DNA of 64,000 bases from an uncultured Pseudomonadales bacterium. GTDB taxonomy: Bacteria; Patescibacteriota; Microgenomatia; UBA1400; Chazhemtobacteraceae. Below the pieces are notes generated by a model. That model was not told where the DNA came from. It saw only the letters and a list, made by a program, of their open reading frames with translations, and did not search any database. This document shows, piece after piece, positions 1 to 8,310 of this stretch. The position numbers and the translations under genes are program-made. The stretch lies in the NCBI GenBank assembly GCA_964422035.1, contig CAYQZQ010000002.1:1612-65611 (forward strand), in the 5' to 3' direction. Position 1 is the first letter of the stretch, and each line of letters opens with the position of its first letter.

Positions 1-104
1 GCAAGCAGATTTTGATGGGAGGTTTTTTAAACAAGGTAGTTGAGAAGATTGAGGATAAGAAAGAAAAAGATAAAGCAAAAAAGTTGATGGAAGTTATAAT
101 GTGA
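1..104 (+). CDS. 3' end of an unidentified CDS that starts upstream of the window
   Basis: Frame 3 is open from the window edge to a TGA at 102-104. The translation (..KIEDKKEKDKAKKLMEVIM) has no recognisable domain. The stop overlaps the next gene's start. Confidence 0.25.
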   Translation, partial: KQILMGGFLNKVVEKIEDKKEKDKAKKLMEVIM

Positions 105-580
105 GTATGAGTGAAATAATAATTCGCCCATCAAAGATGGAGGATGTTAATGATCTGTGGAGGTATACGTATGAAGATAAAACAAGAGAAGAAGTAGAGG
201 TTTTAGTAAAAAGGTATATTAAGAAATATAAGAAGGAGTTGCGTTTAAGAGTAGTTGCTGAGGTAGATGGAAAGGTGATTGCGAGGAGTAGATTTAAGAA
301 GAAAAGACATGGATTAAAAAAGCATATAGTGAGAGGGTGGGGAGCTTATGTGAATGAAGAATATAGAGGGAAGGGTATTGCTGGCAAGATGTTTGATTTT
401 GGAGAAGAATGGATGCGAGAGAGGGGTGGTGAAAAATTGGTAATTACAGTAAGGGCGGGAACGGTTTCTGAGAAAGTTTTTAGGAGAAGAACGGGGTATA
501 AAGAATTTGGTAGATTGCCGGGCGGCTCTATAAAGGATGGTAAATATTGGGATGTAGTTTATTTATATAAAAATTTATGA
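101..580 (+). CDS. GNAT-family N-acetyltransferase
   Basis: 159-aa ORF with GTG at 101 and ATG at 107. It carries a GNAT acetyl-CoA-binding motif (R-G-K-G-I-A-G-K-M) and the typical beta-strand pattern. Its stop overlaps the sufS start. Confidence 0.55.
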   Translation: MSMSEIIIRPSKMEDVNDLWRYTYEDKTREEVEVLVKRYIKKYKKELRLRVVAEVDGKVIARSRFKKKRHGLKKHIVRGWGAYVNEEYRGKGIAGKMFDFGEEWMRERGGEKLVITVRAGTVSEKVFRRRTGYKEFGRLPGGSIKDGKYWDVVYLYKNL

Positions 581-1890
581 ATGGTGAGGTTAGTGATAAG
601 ATAGGGTCTATGAAAATTGATGAAATTCGAAAAGATTTTCCGATCTTGGAGAGAAAAATCAATGGCAACAATTTGGTTTATTTAGATAGTGCTGCTACGT
701 CTCAGAAGCCTGAAAAGGTTATAAAAGCAGTTGAGGATTTTTACAGACTACATAATGCAAACGTTCATAGAGGAATACATACCTTAAGTGATGAAGCGAC
801 TGGTTTGGTGGAGAAGTCTCGGGAAAAAGTGGCCCGGTTTGTGGGTGCTACTAGTAGTCGTGAGATTGTGTTTGTGAGAAATGCTTCTGAGGGCATTAAT
901 GTGGTTATGAATAGTTGGGGCAAAGAAAACATTAATAAGGGAGACGTGGTTTTGATAACGAAGATGGAGCACCACTCAAACTTGGTTCCATGGCAGATGT
1001 TATGCAAAAGAAAAGAAGCGGTGTTGAGGGTAATTTCAATAGATGATGAGGGTAGACTGGTGTGGAAGGGAAAGAAAAAAGAGGTTAAAAAAGGGGTGGA
1101 GGAGGGTGGCTTGAAGGAGTTGCTAGATGGAAAAGTTAAGTTATTGGCTATTAATCATGTAAGTAATGTGACGGGAGTAGTTAATCCTGTAGGAAAGATA
1201 ATTAAAGAAGTTAAGAAAAGATCTAAGTCAGCAAAGGTTTTGGTGGATGCTAGTCAATCTGTACCTCATATGCCAGTTGATGTTGATCACATAGGGGCAG
1301 ATTTTGTAGTGTTTTCAGGTCATAAAATGTTGGGCCCGACAGGTATAGGTGTTTTGTGGGGGAGAGAAGAAGTTTTGAAAAGAATGCCGCCTTTTTTGTA
1401 TGGAGGAGACATGATTAGCAAGGTGAAATTGGACGGTACAAGATTTAATGAATTGCCTTGGAAGTTTGAGGCGGGAACACCTAATATGGCAGGGATTGTT
1501 GGTATGGGGGCAGCGGTTAATTATTTATCTGATATTGGTATGGATAAAATTTGGGAGCATGGTCAAAAGTTGGTTGAATATAGTTTGAAAAAAATTAAAT
1601 CTTTGGTGGATGAAGGTTTAATTAAGATATATGGTCCTGTTGACATGAAAGAAAGGGCAGCGGTTATTGCTTTTAATGTTGAAGGAGTGCATGCGCATGA
1701 CACCGCCCAGATTTTAGATAATCAAGGGGTAGCTGTAAGAAGTGGTCAGCATTGTGCGGCTCCTTTAGTGGAAGGCTTAGGAGAGAAAGCAGTTAGTAGG
1801 GTAAGTTTTTATATTTACAATAATAAGGATGACGTTGAAAGTTGGATAAAAGGATTAAGTAAGGTTAAAAAAGTTTTTAAAATATCATGA
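577..1890 (+). CDS. sufS: Cysteine desulfurase, SufS/CsdA group (class V aminotransferase fold)
   Basis: 437 aa. Motifs HRGIHTLSDEAT, SGHKMLGPTGIGVLWG (PLP-lysine region) and the C-terminal RSGQHCA active-site cysteine loop. It overlaps sufU by 4 nt (ATGA). Confidence 0.85.
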   Translation: MNGEVSDKIGSMKIDEIRKDFPILERKINGNNLVYLDSAATSQKPEKVIKAVEDFYRLHNANVHRGIHTLSDEATGLVEKSREKVARFVGATSSREIVFVRNASEGINVVMNSWGKENINKGDVVLITKMEHHSNLVPWQMLCKRKEAVLRVISIDDEGRLVWKGKKKEVKKGVEEGGLKELLDGKVKLLAINHVSNVTGVVNPVGKIIKEVKKRSKSAKVLVDASQSVPHMPVDVDHIGADFVVFSGHKMLGPTGIGVLWGREEVLKRMPPFLYGGDMISKVKLDGTRFNELPWKFEAGTPNMAGIVGMGAAVNYLSDIGMDKIWEHGQKLVEYSLKKIKSLVDEGLIKIYGPVDMKERAAVIAFNVEGVHAHDTAQILDNQGVAVRSGQHCAAPLVEGLGEKAVSRVSFYIYNNKDDVESWIKGLSKVKKVFKIS

Positions 1891-2255
1891 AATACAGAGA
1901 AGAAGTAATTGATCATGCCAAGCACCCTAGGAATAGAGGTGTGTTTGAGGATGTTACACATAAAGGGAGGGCAACAAATGCTAGTTGTGGTGATGAGATG
2001 GGAGTGGGATTAAAGATTGAGGATGGTAAGATATTGCAGGCTAGATTTGAAGGAACAGGTTGTGCGTTGGCGGTTTCTGCGGCTAGTATGTTAACTGAGA
2101 AAATTGAAGGCATGTTAGTTGAAAAAGTGAGAGAAGAGGCGGAGAGGTTGATATTAGATTTTGAAAAAGAGGTAAGTCCGGGAAGAGTTAAGTGTGTAAG
2201 GTTGCCGTTGGAGGCCATGATGAAAGCGTTGAGAGTGAAGTATAATGACAGATAA
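1887..2255 (+). CDS. sufU: SufU/IscU-like Fe-S cluster scaffold (NifU N-terminal domain)
   Basis: 122 aa with three conserved cysteines in the contexts NASCGDEM, GTGCALAVSAASM and KCVRLPLEA. It is translationally coupled to the genes on both sides. Confidence 0.8.
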   Translation: MKYREEVIDHAKHPRNRGVFEDVTHKGRATNASCGDEMGVGLKIEDGKILQARFEGTGCALAVSAASMLTEKIEGMLVEKVREEAERLILDFEKEVSPGRVKCVRLPLEAMMKALRVKYNDR

Positions 2256-2956
2256 TGGGAGAAGCAAAGAAGTTTAAAGCTTTAGTAAAAGAGAAAGAGA
2301 ATTTAGCAGGTAATTTCTGGTGTTTGAAGCTTGAGCCTGAAAAAGAAGTATCTTATCAGTCAGGGCAGTATGTAAGTATGAGAGTTAATGAAGAAGATGA
2401 GAGGCGTAGTTATTCAATAGCTTCTTGTGCAGAAGAGGATAGTTTGGATCTTTTAATAGACGTGACACCAATGGGAAAGGGGAGTAAGTTTGTTTTGAAC
2501 TTAAAAGAGGGAGACAAAGTTGATCTGTTGGGTCCTATTGGAGGCTTTGTTATTAAAGAAAGAGAAGAGGCTAAAGGTTTTTTGTTGATAGGAACGGGAA
2601 GCGGGATAGTGCCCTTAAGAGCAATGATTTATGATCTTTTGAAGGTTAAAAAGGAAAAAAGACCGATTAGATTACAATGGGGGATGAGATATAAAAAGGA
2701 TCTGTTTTGGGTTGATTGTTTTAGAGATTTTGAGAATGAGTTTCCAAATTTTAAGGCTGATATTGTCTTGTCAAAAGAAAGTAATTGGGATGGATGCACT
2801 GGCCATGTTCAAGATTGTTTAAAAAAACATCAGAATAGTTGGAAGGGGTGGGAAGCTTTTGTGTGTGGAAATAAGAAGATGATTGAAGATGTAAAGGATT
2901 TGTTACAAAAGAAGGGGGTAGATGAAGAGTCGATTCATTTTGAGAAGTTTTATTAA
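2255..2956 (+). CDS. FNR-like FAD/NAD(P)-binding oxidoreductase (ferredoxin-NADP reductase family)
   Basis: 233 aa. RRSYSIAS is an RxYS FAD-binding motif, GTGSGIVPLRAM is an NAD(P)-binding motif, and a C-terminal aromatic residue is present. Confidence 0.6.
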   Translation: MGEAKKFKALVKEKENLAGNFWCLKLEPEKEVSYQSGQYVSMRVNEEDERRSYSIASCAEEDSLDLLIDVTPMGKGSKFVLNLKEGDKVDLLGPIGGFVIKEREEAKGFLLIGTGSGIVPLRAMIYDLLKVKKEKRPIRLQWGMRYKKDLFWVDCFRDFENEFPNFKADIVLSKESNWDGCTGHVQDCLKKHQNSWKGWEAFVCGNKKMIEDVKDLLQKKGVDEESIHFEKFY

Positions 2957-2982
2957 TAATTAAATTATGTTAGGTTAAATGT

Positions 2983-3249
2983 ATGGCAGATAAATATTCG
3001 AAAGGCTCGGAAAATAAGCCTGAAAAAACAAAGTACCAAGTTAAGGTTATTAATGATGGATGTATTGGGGCGGCGTCTTGTGTGGCGGTGGCTGAGATGA
3101 CTTTTAAGATGAATGATGAAAACATTGCAGAGATTATTGATCAAGATGGCAATGTTGATGAAGAAAAGCTTTTGGCGGCTCAGAGTTGTCCAACGGCGGC
3201 AGTGGAAGTGATTAATACTGAGACTGGTGAAGTGATCTGGCCAAAGTAG
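2983..3249 (+). CDS. Small ferredoxin (single Fe-S cluster type)
   Basis: 88 aa. Cysteines sit in CIGAASC and SCPTAAV contexts. The protein is acidic and lies directly downstream of the FNR-like gene. Confidence 0.55.
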   Translation: MADKYSKGSENKPEKTKYQVKVINDGCIGAASCVAVAEMTFKMNDENIAEIIDQDGNVDEEKLLAAQSCPTAAVEVINTETGEVIWPK

Positions 3250-3269
3250 AACTAAATTGGTACATTTTT

Positions 3270-3605
3270 TATGAGCATGCGTTTGATGCTGGTGTAGCAG
3301 CTGAGTCAGCTGGAGAGCAAGAAAAGTTTTGGGAGTATAAGAGTTTGTTGTTTGAGAGGCAAAATGAGTGGTCAGAAAGTAGAGATGTAAAGGATAAGTT
3401 TATTGAGTACGCTAGAGAGTTAAGTCTCGATAAAAAGTAGTTTATAACAGATCTGGACAGTTCAGAGTTTAAGGAAAGAGTAAAAAGTGATTATTAGTTG
3501 GCTTTGAGAGTGGGTGTAGAACCTACGCCGACAATTTTTGTAAATGGAGAAAAAGTGATGGAAAATGGGCTAGTAAAAGAGGTTCAAAGAAAGTTGAGTG
3601 AATAA
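3270..3605 (+). pseudogene. N-terminally truncated DsbA-like thiol:disulfide oxidoreductase remnant with two in-frame TAG codons
   Basis: One frame reads YEHAFDAGVAAESAGEQEKFWEYKSLLFERQNEW..DKK*FITDLDSSEFKERVKSDY*LALRVGVEPTPTIFVNGEKV..KLSE. The GV.PTPT.FVNGEK block is the C-terminal DsbA signature. There is no CxxC-bearing N-terminus because the ferredoxin gene ends only 20 nt upstream. TAG stops are at 3438-3440 and 3495-3497. Confidence 0.5.
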
Positions 3606-3669
3606 GGAAGTAGGGGTAAAATTGTAACTAGAGATAGTATTTTGGAAACTGAAGGGAGGTGAAGGAACG

Positions 3670-3864
3670 ATGATTTTAAGGGATAAAGATAAACCAGCAT
3701 TGGCTCAGTTTTTGATCAATTTAAGTGTGGTTTGTGTTATTTTGGCAGTGGTGGAGGCATTTGGAGTGGCATTGTATTTGGCTGCTACTCAGTGGATGTT
3801 GATTGGAATTGCTTTAGCAGTTTGGTCCATTTATTTAATGGTAGAGGCACATTTTAGGCTTTAA
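3670..3864 (+). CDS. Hypothetical small membrane protein (2 TM)
   Basis: 64-aa ORF with two hydrophobic helices. It sits inside the suf-like cluster. No recognisable domain. Confidence 0.3.
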   Translation: MILRDKDKPALAQFLINLSVVCVILAVVEAFGVALYLAATQWMLIGIALAVWSIYLMVEAHFRL

Positions 3865-3871
3865 TAGATAT

Positions 3872-4165
3872 ATGGAAGAAAAGATAAGAAAAGCTTTAAC
3901 AGAAGTAATTGACCCTGAGTTGGGGATTAGTATTGTTGATTTGGGTTTGGTGTATAAGATAGAGGCGAAAAAAGGGGAGGCAAAAATAGAGATGACGCTG
4001 ACAAGTCCGGGTTGTCCTTTGGCGGGGGTAATTGACAAGATGGTTAGAGAAGCAGTGTTGAGCTTGGAAGAAATAGAGAAGGTTGATTTGCAAGTGGTTT
4101 GGGATCCTCCTTGGACACCAGAGCATATGAGTGAGTCAGCTAAAGCTGAGTTGGGTTTTGATTAA
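3872..4165 (+). CDS. sufT: SufT/DUF59 (MIP18-family) Fe-S cluster assembly protein
   Basis: 97 aa. The pattern ALTEVIDPELGISIVDLGLVY...TLTSPGCPLAGVI is the DUF59 signature with the conserved cysteine. Confidence 0.65.
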   Translation: MEEKIRKALTEVIDPELGISIVDLGLVYKIEAKKGEAKIEMTLTSPGCPLAGVIDKMVREAVLSLEEIEKVDLQVVWDPPWTPEHMSESAKAELGFD

Positions 4166-4349
4166 CTTAAATAAGATTATTTCAGTATAAGTTTGTGATA
4201 AACTGGAAAAGTGTTGAGATTGTTGTCAGGCGGCAAGTTTATATAGATATTTAAATGGTTGATTGTTTAAACTGTCATGGTCTTTGGGTTTTGGAGCTGC
4301 GAGAGTTTGGTATATTGAATGTAGTTGATATTAATGTAAGGATATAAAA

Positions 4350-4790
4350 ATGAAGATATATTTAGGAACTGATCATGGAGGGTACAAGTTAAAAGAAAAG
4401 ATTAAGGTGTGGCTTGAAAAAAATGGTTATGAGGTTGAGGATGAAGGTGCTTATGAATATAACAAGAAGGATGACTTTGTTGATTTTGGAAAACGAGTTG
4501 TAGAAAAAATTACTAGTGAGAGCGGAAGAGGGGTAGTTTTGTGCAGGAATGGAGTAGGGATGGATATTGTAAGTAATAGATATAAGGGCGTGAGATGTGT
4601 GCTGGGTTTTGATAAAAGGCAGGTAAAAAAGGCTAGAGAAGATGATGATGTGAATGTGTTGAGTTTGCCGGCAGAATATTTAAGTTATAAAAAAGCACAA
4701 AGACTTATCAAGGTTTTTTTGGAGACTAAATTTAAAGATAAAAGGCGATTTAAGAGAAGATTGGAAAAGATTAGTAAGTTAGGGGTTTAG
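4350..4790 (+). CDS. rpiB: Ribose-5-phosphate isomerase B (RpiB/LacAB family)
   Basis: 146 aa. N-terminal MKIYLGTDHGGYKLKE and the catalytic loop VLCRNGVGMDIVSNRYKGVRC. Confidence 0.8.
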   Translation: MKIYLGTDHGGYKLKEKIKVWLEKNGYEVEDEGAYEYNKKDDFVDFGKRVVEKITSESGRGVVLCRNGVGMDIVSNRYKGVRCVLGFDKRQVKKAREDDDVNVLSLPAEYLSYKKAQRLIKVFLETKFKDKRRFKRRLEKISKLGV

Positions 4791-4818
4791 ATAAGATTAT
4801 ATATTTGACATAATTAAG

Positions 4819-5508
4819 TTGATGGTAAAAATAATACCGGCTATTTTAACTGAAGATTGGGAAGAGTTTGTGGCGAGGTTTGACGAGGTTAAGTCGATGG
4901 TTAATAGAGTACAGCTGGATGTTGGAGATGGGAAGTTTATTGATACGGTAACGGTGGCTCCAGAAGATTTAAATGAGATTGATACGATTGTTAAGTTTGA
5001 TGCTCATTTAATGGTTGAAGATCCTGAAGAATGGCTTGATAGATGTTTGCAGGGAGGATTTAGTAGGGTATTTGGGCATGTTGAGAAGATGGAGGATGTA
5101 GCAGAGTTTGTGGCTCAAGCAGAGCTGAGAGGATTTGAGGTGGGCCTGGCTTTGAATATAGATACACCAATTGGTGAGATTGAAGAGTATGTATGGAATA
5201 TTGATGGATTACTGCTTTTATCTGTTAATACTGGAAAGAGTGGTCAAGAGTTTAATGTTAGTGTTTTAAAAAAGATCAAAGAGGTTGAGAAATTAAGAGA
5301 TGATATTGTTGTGGTGGTTGATGGGGGGTTAAGTGAAAACGAGATCAAAGAGTGTTTGACAGCGCGTTGGGCTGAGGAGTTGGAAGAAGGAACTGATGTT
5401 CATCCCGGATTTGTTGAAATGGAGTTTGCTGTAGGTAGTCATCTGTGGAATTCGGAGGACTTGAAAGAGGAATTAAATAATTTGCAAACTTTAAAAACTC
5501 ATGAATAA
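4819..5508 (+). CDS. Ribulose-phosphate 3-epimerase-like TIM-barrel protein
   Basis: 229 aa. IIPAILTED...QLDVGDGKFIDTVTVAPE...DAHLMVEDPEEW resembles the Rpe pattern IAPSILSAD..H.DVMDG.FVPN..G..DVHLMV. The match is divergent but sits in pentose-phosphate context. Confidence 0.55.
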   Translation: MMVKIIPAILTEDWEEFVARFDEVKSMVNRVQLDVGDGKFIDTVTVAPEDLNEIDTIVKFDAHLMVEDPEEWLDRCLQGGFSRVFGHVEKMEDVAEFVAQAELRGFEVGLALNIDTPIGEIEEYVWNIDGLLLLSVNTGKSGQEFNVSVLKKIKEVEKLRDDIVVVVDGGLSENEIKECLTARWAEELEEGTDVHPGFVEMEFAVGSHLWNSEDLKEELNNLQTLKTHE

Positions 5509-6139
5509 AAAAGATTTTAAAATCATTAAGGGTGTTTCGATATTTGGTTATGCTGATACTCAACCAGGAGAAGAGTTGTATGAGGATGCGAAGGAAGTGA
5601 GTAGAGTTTTGGCTGAGCAGGGAATGACTATTATTAATGGAGGAGGTCCGGGGGTGATGAGGGCCAGTACAAAAGGAGCTCATGAGGGTGGAGGTAAGGC
5701 ATACGTGGCCACTTTTTATTCTGAACTGATGGAAACCTTTGAGGGTAAGGATCCTTTAAATGATGCTGATAAAGAACTAGCATTTGATAGTTATTTGGAG
5801 CGAACATTAAAGTTGTTAGAACTTGGCAATGCGTATGTAATATTCAATGGTGGTACGGGAACAGTAAGTGAATTTGGAATGGCTTGGGGATTGGCTAAGC
5901 TTTATTTGGGTCATCATAAGCCTTTAATTTTATATGGTGAGTTTTGGCATGAAATTATGGAAAGTTTTGCAAAGAATTTAAATATTAGACCGGCAGCCTT
6001 GAGGGTGTACAGAATTGCAACTAGCGCTGAGGAAGTTGTTGAATCTTTATGGTATTACGAGAAAGAGCTTAAAAGAGGCAAGCACGAAGTTGTTTATCCT
6101 GATGAGGAAAGCTTCGAAGAAGCATTTATAAATAAATAA
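5501..6139 (+). CDS. LOG-family (TIGR00730) Rossmann-fold nucleotide-binding protein / cytokinin riboside 5'-monophosphate phosphoribohydrolase-like
   Basis: 212 aa. GGGPGVMRA matches the GGGxGxMGA motif, and FNGGTGTVSEFGMAWG matches the PGGxGTxEE-type motif. Confidence 0.7.
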   Translation: MNKKDFKIIKGVSIFGYADTQPGEELYEDAKEVSRVLAEQGMTIINGGGPGVMRASTKGAHEGGGKAYVATFYSELMETFEGKDPLNDADKELAFDSYLERTLKLLELGNAYVIFNGGTGTVSEFGMAWGLAKLYLGHHKPLILYGEFWHEIMESFAKNLNIRPAALRVYRIATSAEEVVESLWYYEKELKRGKHEVVYPDEESFEEAFINK

Positions 6140-6145
6140 AAAAAT

Positions 6146-7429
6146 ATGAATAATGTTAGTAAACAAGAATTAAGAAAAGCACTTTTAGCTGAAAAGAAGA
6201 AACTTGAAGAGGTTGATGTACCAGTTATTACAGTATCTGCTAGTTTTCGCAAAGAAATTGTAGAGAAACATGAGGTAAAGTTGAACTCTAAAGGCGAGAT
6301 TATTTTTTCTCGGGGTCATTATTCTGAGGCGATTGCGGTAGTGGAGGCTGCAAGGCAAAAGGGTTTAAGTAGTTATTTGGTTGACCCGATGAATTTTGTA
6401 AGCCTAAAAGATTGGGGTAAGTTAGAATTTACTGAGGATATTGGAGAACTAACAGCTAGATATAAGATTTTGGCGAATTTGAAGCGAGTGGCTGAGCAGT
6501 TATTAAGAGGTAAGCTGCCGGTTAGTGAAGCAGTTAAGCCTGTGGTTTTGGAGCTGATTGAGGATATAAAAGTACCGATTGTTTCTGGCCATTATGAAGT
6601 GGGAAATGTTATTGCTCAGACAGATAAAAAGGTAGTGCAGATGGTAACTGACCCTCATGTTAGTGATCCGTATTTAAAGGTTTCAGATGAGAAAAATGTA
6701 AGTTGGGTGGTTTTTGATGAAGAGACTAAAAAACAGTTTGTTGATAAGGTTAAAAAGATGGATAAGAGTATTAATCAAGAGATGATCAGAGTAACTGGTC
6801 CAGGTGTTCATCCTAAGATTTTGGAGTTTGGTAAAAAAGGGAAGAAGTTGGATACTGAAAGACCATTACGATTGGGAATTACAACTGGTGGATTGGGGAC
6901 AAACAGGGGTGAGATTAAAAAAGTGTTGAATAATTTAGTTCCTTTTGTTGAAGAGCCGGAGAAGATTCAGTTGTTTTTGTATAGTTCAACTCATAAAGAC
7001 TTTCGAGAGATATTTGAGAAGTTTGCTGATGAGAATAACATAAGAATTGGAGATTTGGATAACAAAGAGGCCAAGCTAAGGGTGTTGCATGAAGACTCTA
7101 TGGTAGATGGCAATAGGAACTTGGTCGATTATATGTTTCCTTGGGTTGATGGTGTGATAACAAAGCCATCTGGAGATATGGCATATGATGTTTTGGGATC
7201 AGGTGCATTCGGACTTTATCTTGATCCTTGGGGAAGGTGGGAAGAGACTGTAAGGTCAAGAATGTTTGATTTTGGAGTAGGTAAAAATCTAGATATTGAA
7301 AACGCTGGAGAGGAAATTATGAAGATGAGGAAAAATGGAAAGTTAGCTGAGATGATGGATAAAGCAAACAAGTGGGCGAAAAACTCAGATGGGGCGAAAA
7401 AAATAGTTGAGTGGCAGCAAGAGTGGTAG
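6146..7429 (+). CDS. Hypothetical protein whose C-terminal region resembles the GT28 (MurG / MGDG-synthase) C-terminal fold
   Basis: 427 aa. VDGVITKPSGDMAYDVLGSGAFGLYLDPWGRWEE resembles the GT28 C-terminal block (ad.vItKpGG.t..Eal..g.P.i...p.pGQEe.N). The N-terminal half has no recognisable similarity. Confidence 0.35.
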   Translation: MNNVSKQELRKALLAEKKKLEEVDVPVITVSASFRKEIVEKHEVKLNSKGEIIFSRGHYSEAIAVVEAARQKGLSSYLVDPMNFVSLKDWGKLEFTEDIGELTARYKILANLKRVAEQLLRGKLPVSEAVKPVVLELIEDIKVPIVSGHYEVGNVIAQTDKKVVQMVTDPHVSDPYLKVSDEKNVSWVVFDEETKKQFVDKVKKMDKSINQEMIRVTGPGVHPKILEFGKKGKKLDTERPLRLGITTGGLGTNRGEIKKVLNNLVPFVEEPEKIQLFLYSSTHKDFREIFEKFADENNIRIGDLDNKEAKLRVLHEDSMVDGNRNLVDYMFPWVDGVITKPSGDMAYDVLGSGAFGLYLDPWGRWEETVRSRMFDFGVGKNLDIENAGEEIMKMRKNGKLAEMMDKANKWAKNSDGAKKIVEWQQEW

Positions 7430-7452
7430 TTGTTTTTTGGTAAAGTTAAACT

Positions 7453-8310
7453 ATGGACTTAAGTGAAGGTCAGATAATTGAGAAGGCGAGTCAGATTCGA
7501 GAGAGTATTATAAAGATGTTGGTTGAAGCGGGAAGTGGTCACAGCGCTGGTTCGCTTGGAACCGCAGATTTTTTTGCTAGTTTGTTTTTTGGTGATGAGT
7601 TTAACTTTAAAGCTGATGAGCCCTGGTGGGAAGGGAGAGACAGGTTGATATTAAGTGCAGGACATTTAGTGCCGGTTTTGTATGCTAGTTTGGCTGAGGC
7701 TGGATACTTTGATAAAAAAGAATTAGATACTTTAAGAGATATAAATTCACGTTTGCAGGGTCATCCGCATATGAGAAGTTTGCCAGGCATTGAAAATAGT
7801 TCTGGCCCTTTGGGGCAGGGGGTTAGTCAAGCTGTGGGAGTAGCAATGACGGGGAAGATGGATAAAAAAGATTGGCAGGTAGTTTGTTTTAGCAGTGATG
7901 GTGAACAACAAGAGGGGCAGGTGTGGGAAGCTTATATGACGGCAAGTAAGTATGAGTTAGGTAATTTGAGTTTTGTGATTGATAGAAATAATATTCAGAT
8001 TGATGGATTTACTGAGGAAGTAATGCCTTTGGAACCACTGCGATCAAAGTTGTCCGCTTTTGGTTTGGAAGTTATGGTAGTAGATGGTCATGATGTTGGA
8101 AGTATTTTGGGAGCTTTAAGAAAAGTGAAGATAAGTTTTAAACCATCTGTGATTATTTTAGAAACTGTGCCCGGTAAAGGGGTTGAGTTTATGGAGGGGT
8201 TACCGGAGTGGCATGGTAAGCCTCCGGATGTGGGAGAAACTGTTAAGGCTTTAAGTGATATTCATGAATTGCGAAGTTTGGGAGGGAAAATTATGACTGA
8301 ACATGATTAA
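7453..8310 (+). CDS. tkt: Transketolase, N-terminal (TPP-binding) subunit of a split enzyme
   Basis: 285 aa. GHSAGSLGTADFFASLFF, GHPHM, and GPLGQGVSQAVGVAM (TPP-binding). It overlaps the next gene by 8 nt. Confidence 0.85.
   Translation: MDLSEGQIIEKASQIRESIIKMLVEAGSGHSAGSLGTADFFASLFFGDEFNFKADEPWWEGRDRLILSAGHLVPVLYASLAEAGYFDKKELDTLRDINSRLQGHPHMRSLPGIENSSGPLGQGVSQAVGVAMTGKMDKKDWQVVCFSSDGEQQEGQVWEAYMTASKYELGNLSFVIDRNNIQIDGFTEEVMPLEPLRSKLSAFGLEVMVVDGHDVGSILGALRKVKISFKPSVIILETVPGKGVEFMEGLPEWHGKPPDVGETVKALSDIHELRSLGGKIMTEHD

Noticed and set aside
765-2218. Antisense ORFs inside sufS and sufU (765-1007 minus, 784-975 minus, 1913-2218 minus).
   Set aside because: They lie entirely within strongly supported genes on the opposite strand. 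Their translations are low-complexity and carry no motifs. They are typical spurious ORFs.
3438-3497. The two in-frame TAG codons in the DsbA-like frame might indicate TAG stop-codon reassignment.
   Set aside because: TAG terminates several well-supported genes in the same window: the ferredoxin gene at 3247-3249, rpiB at 4788-4790, the 6146-7429 gene and the PfkB kinase. The DsbA-like frame also lacks its entire N-terminal CxxC half. A decayed pseudogene is the simpler reading.
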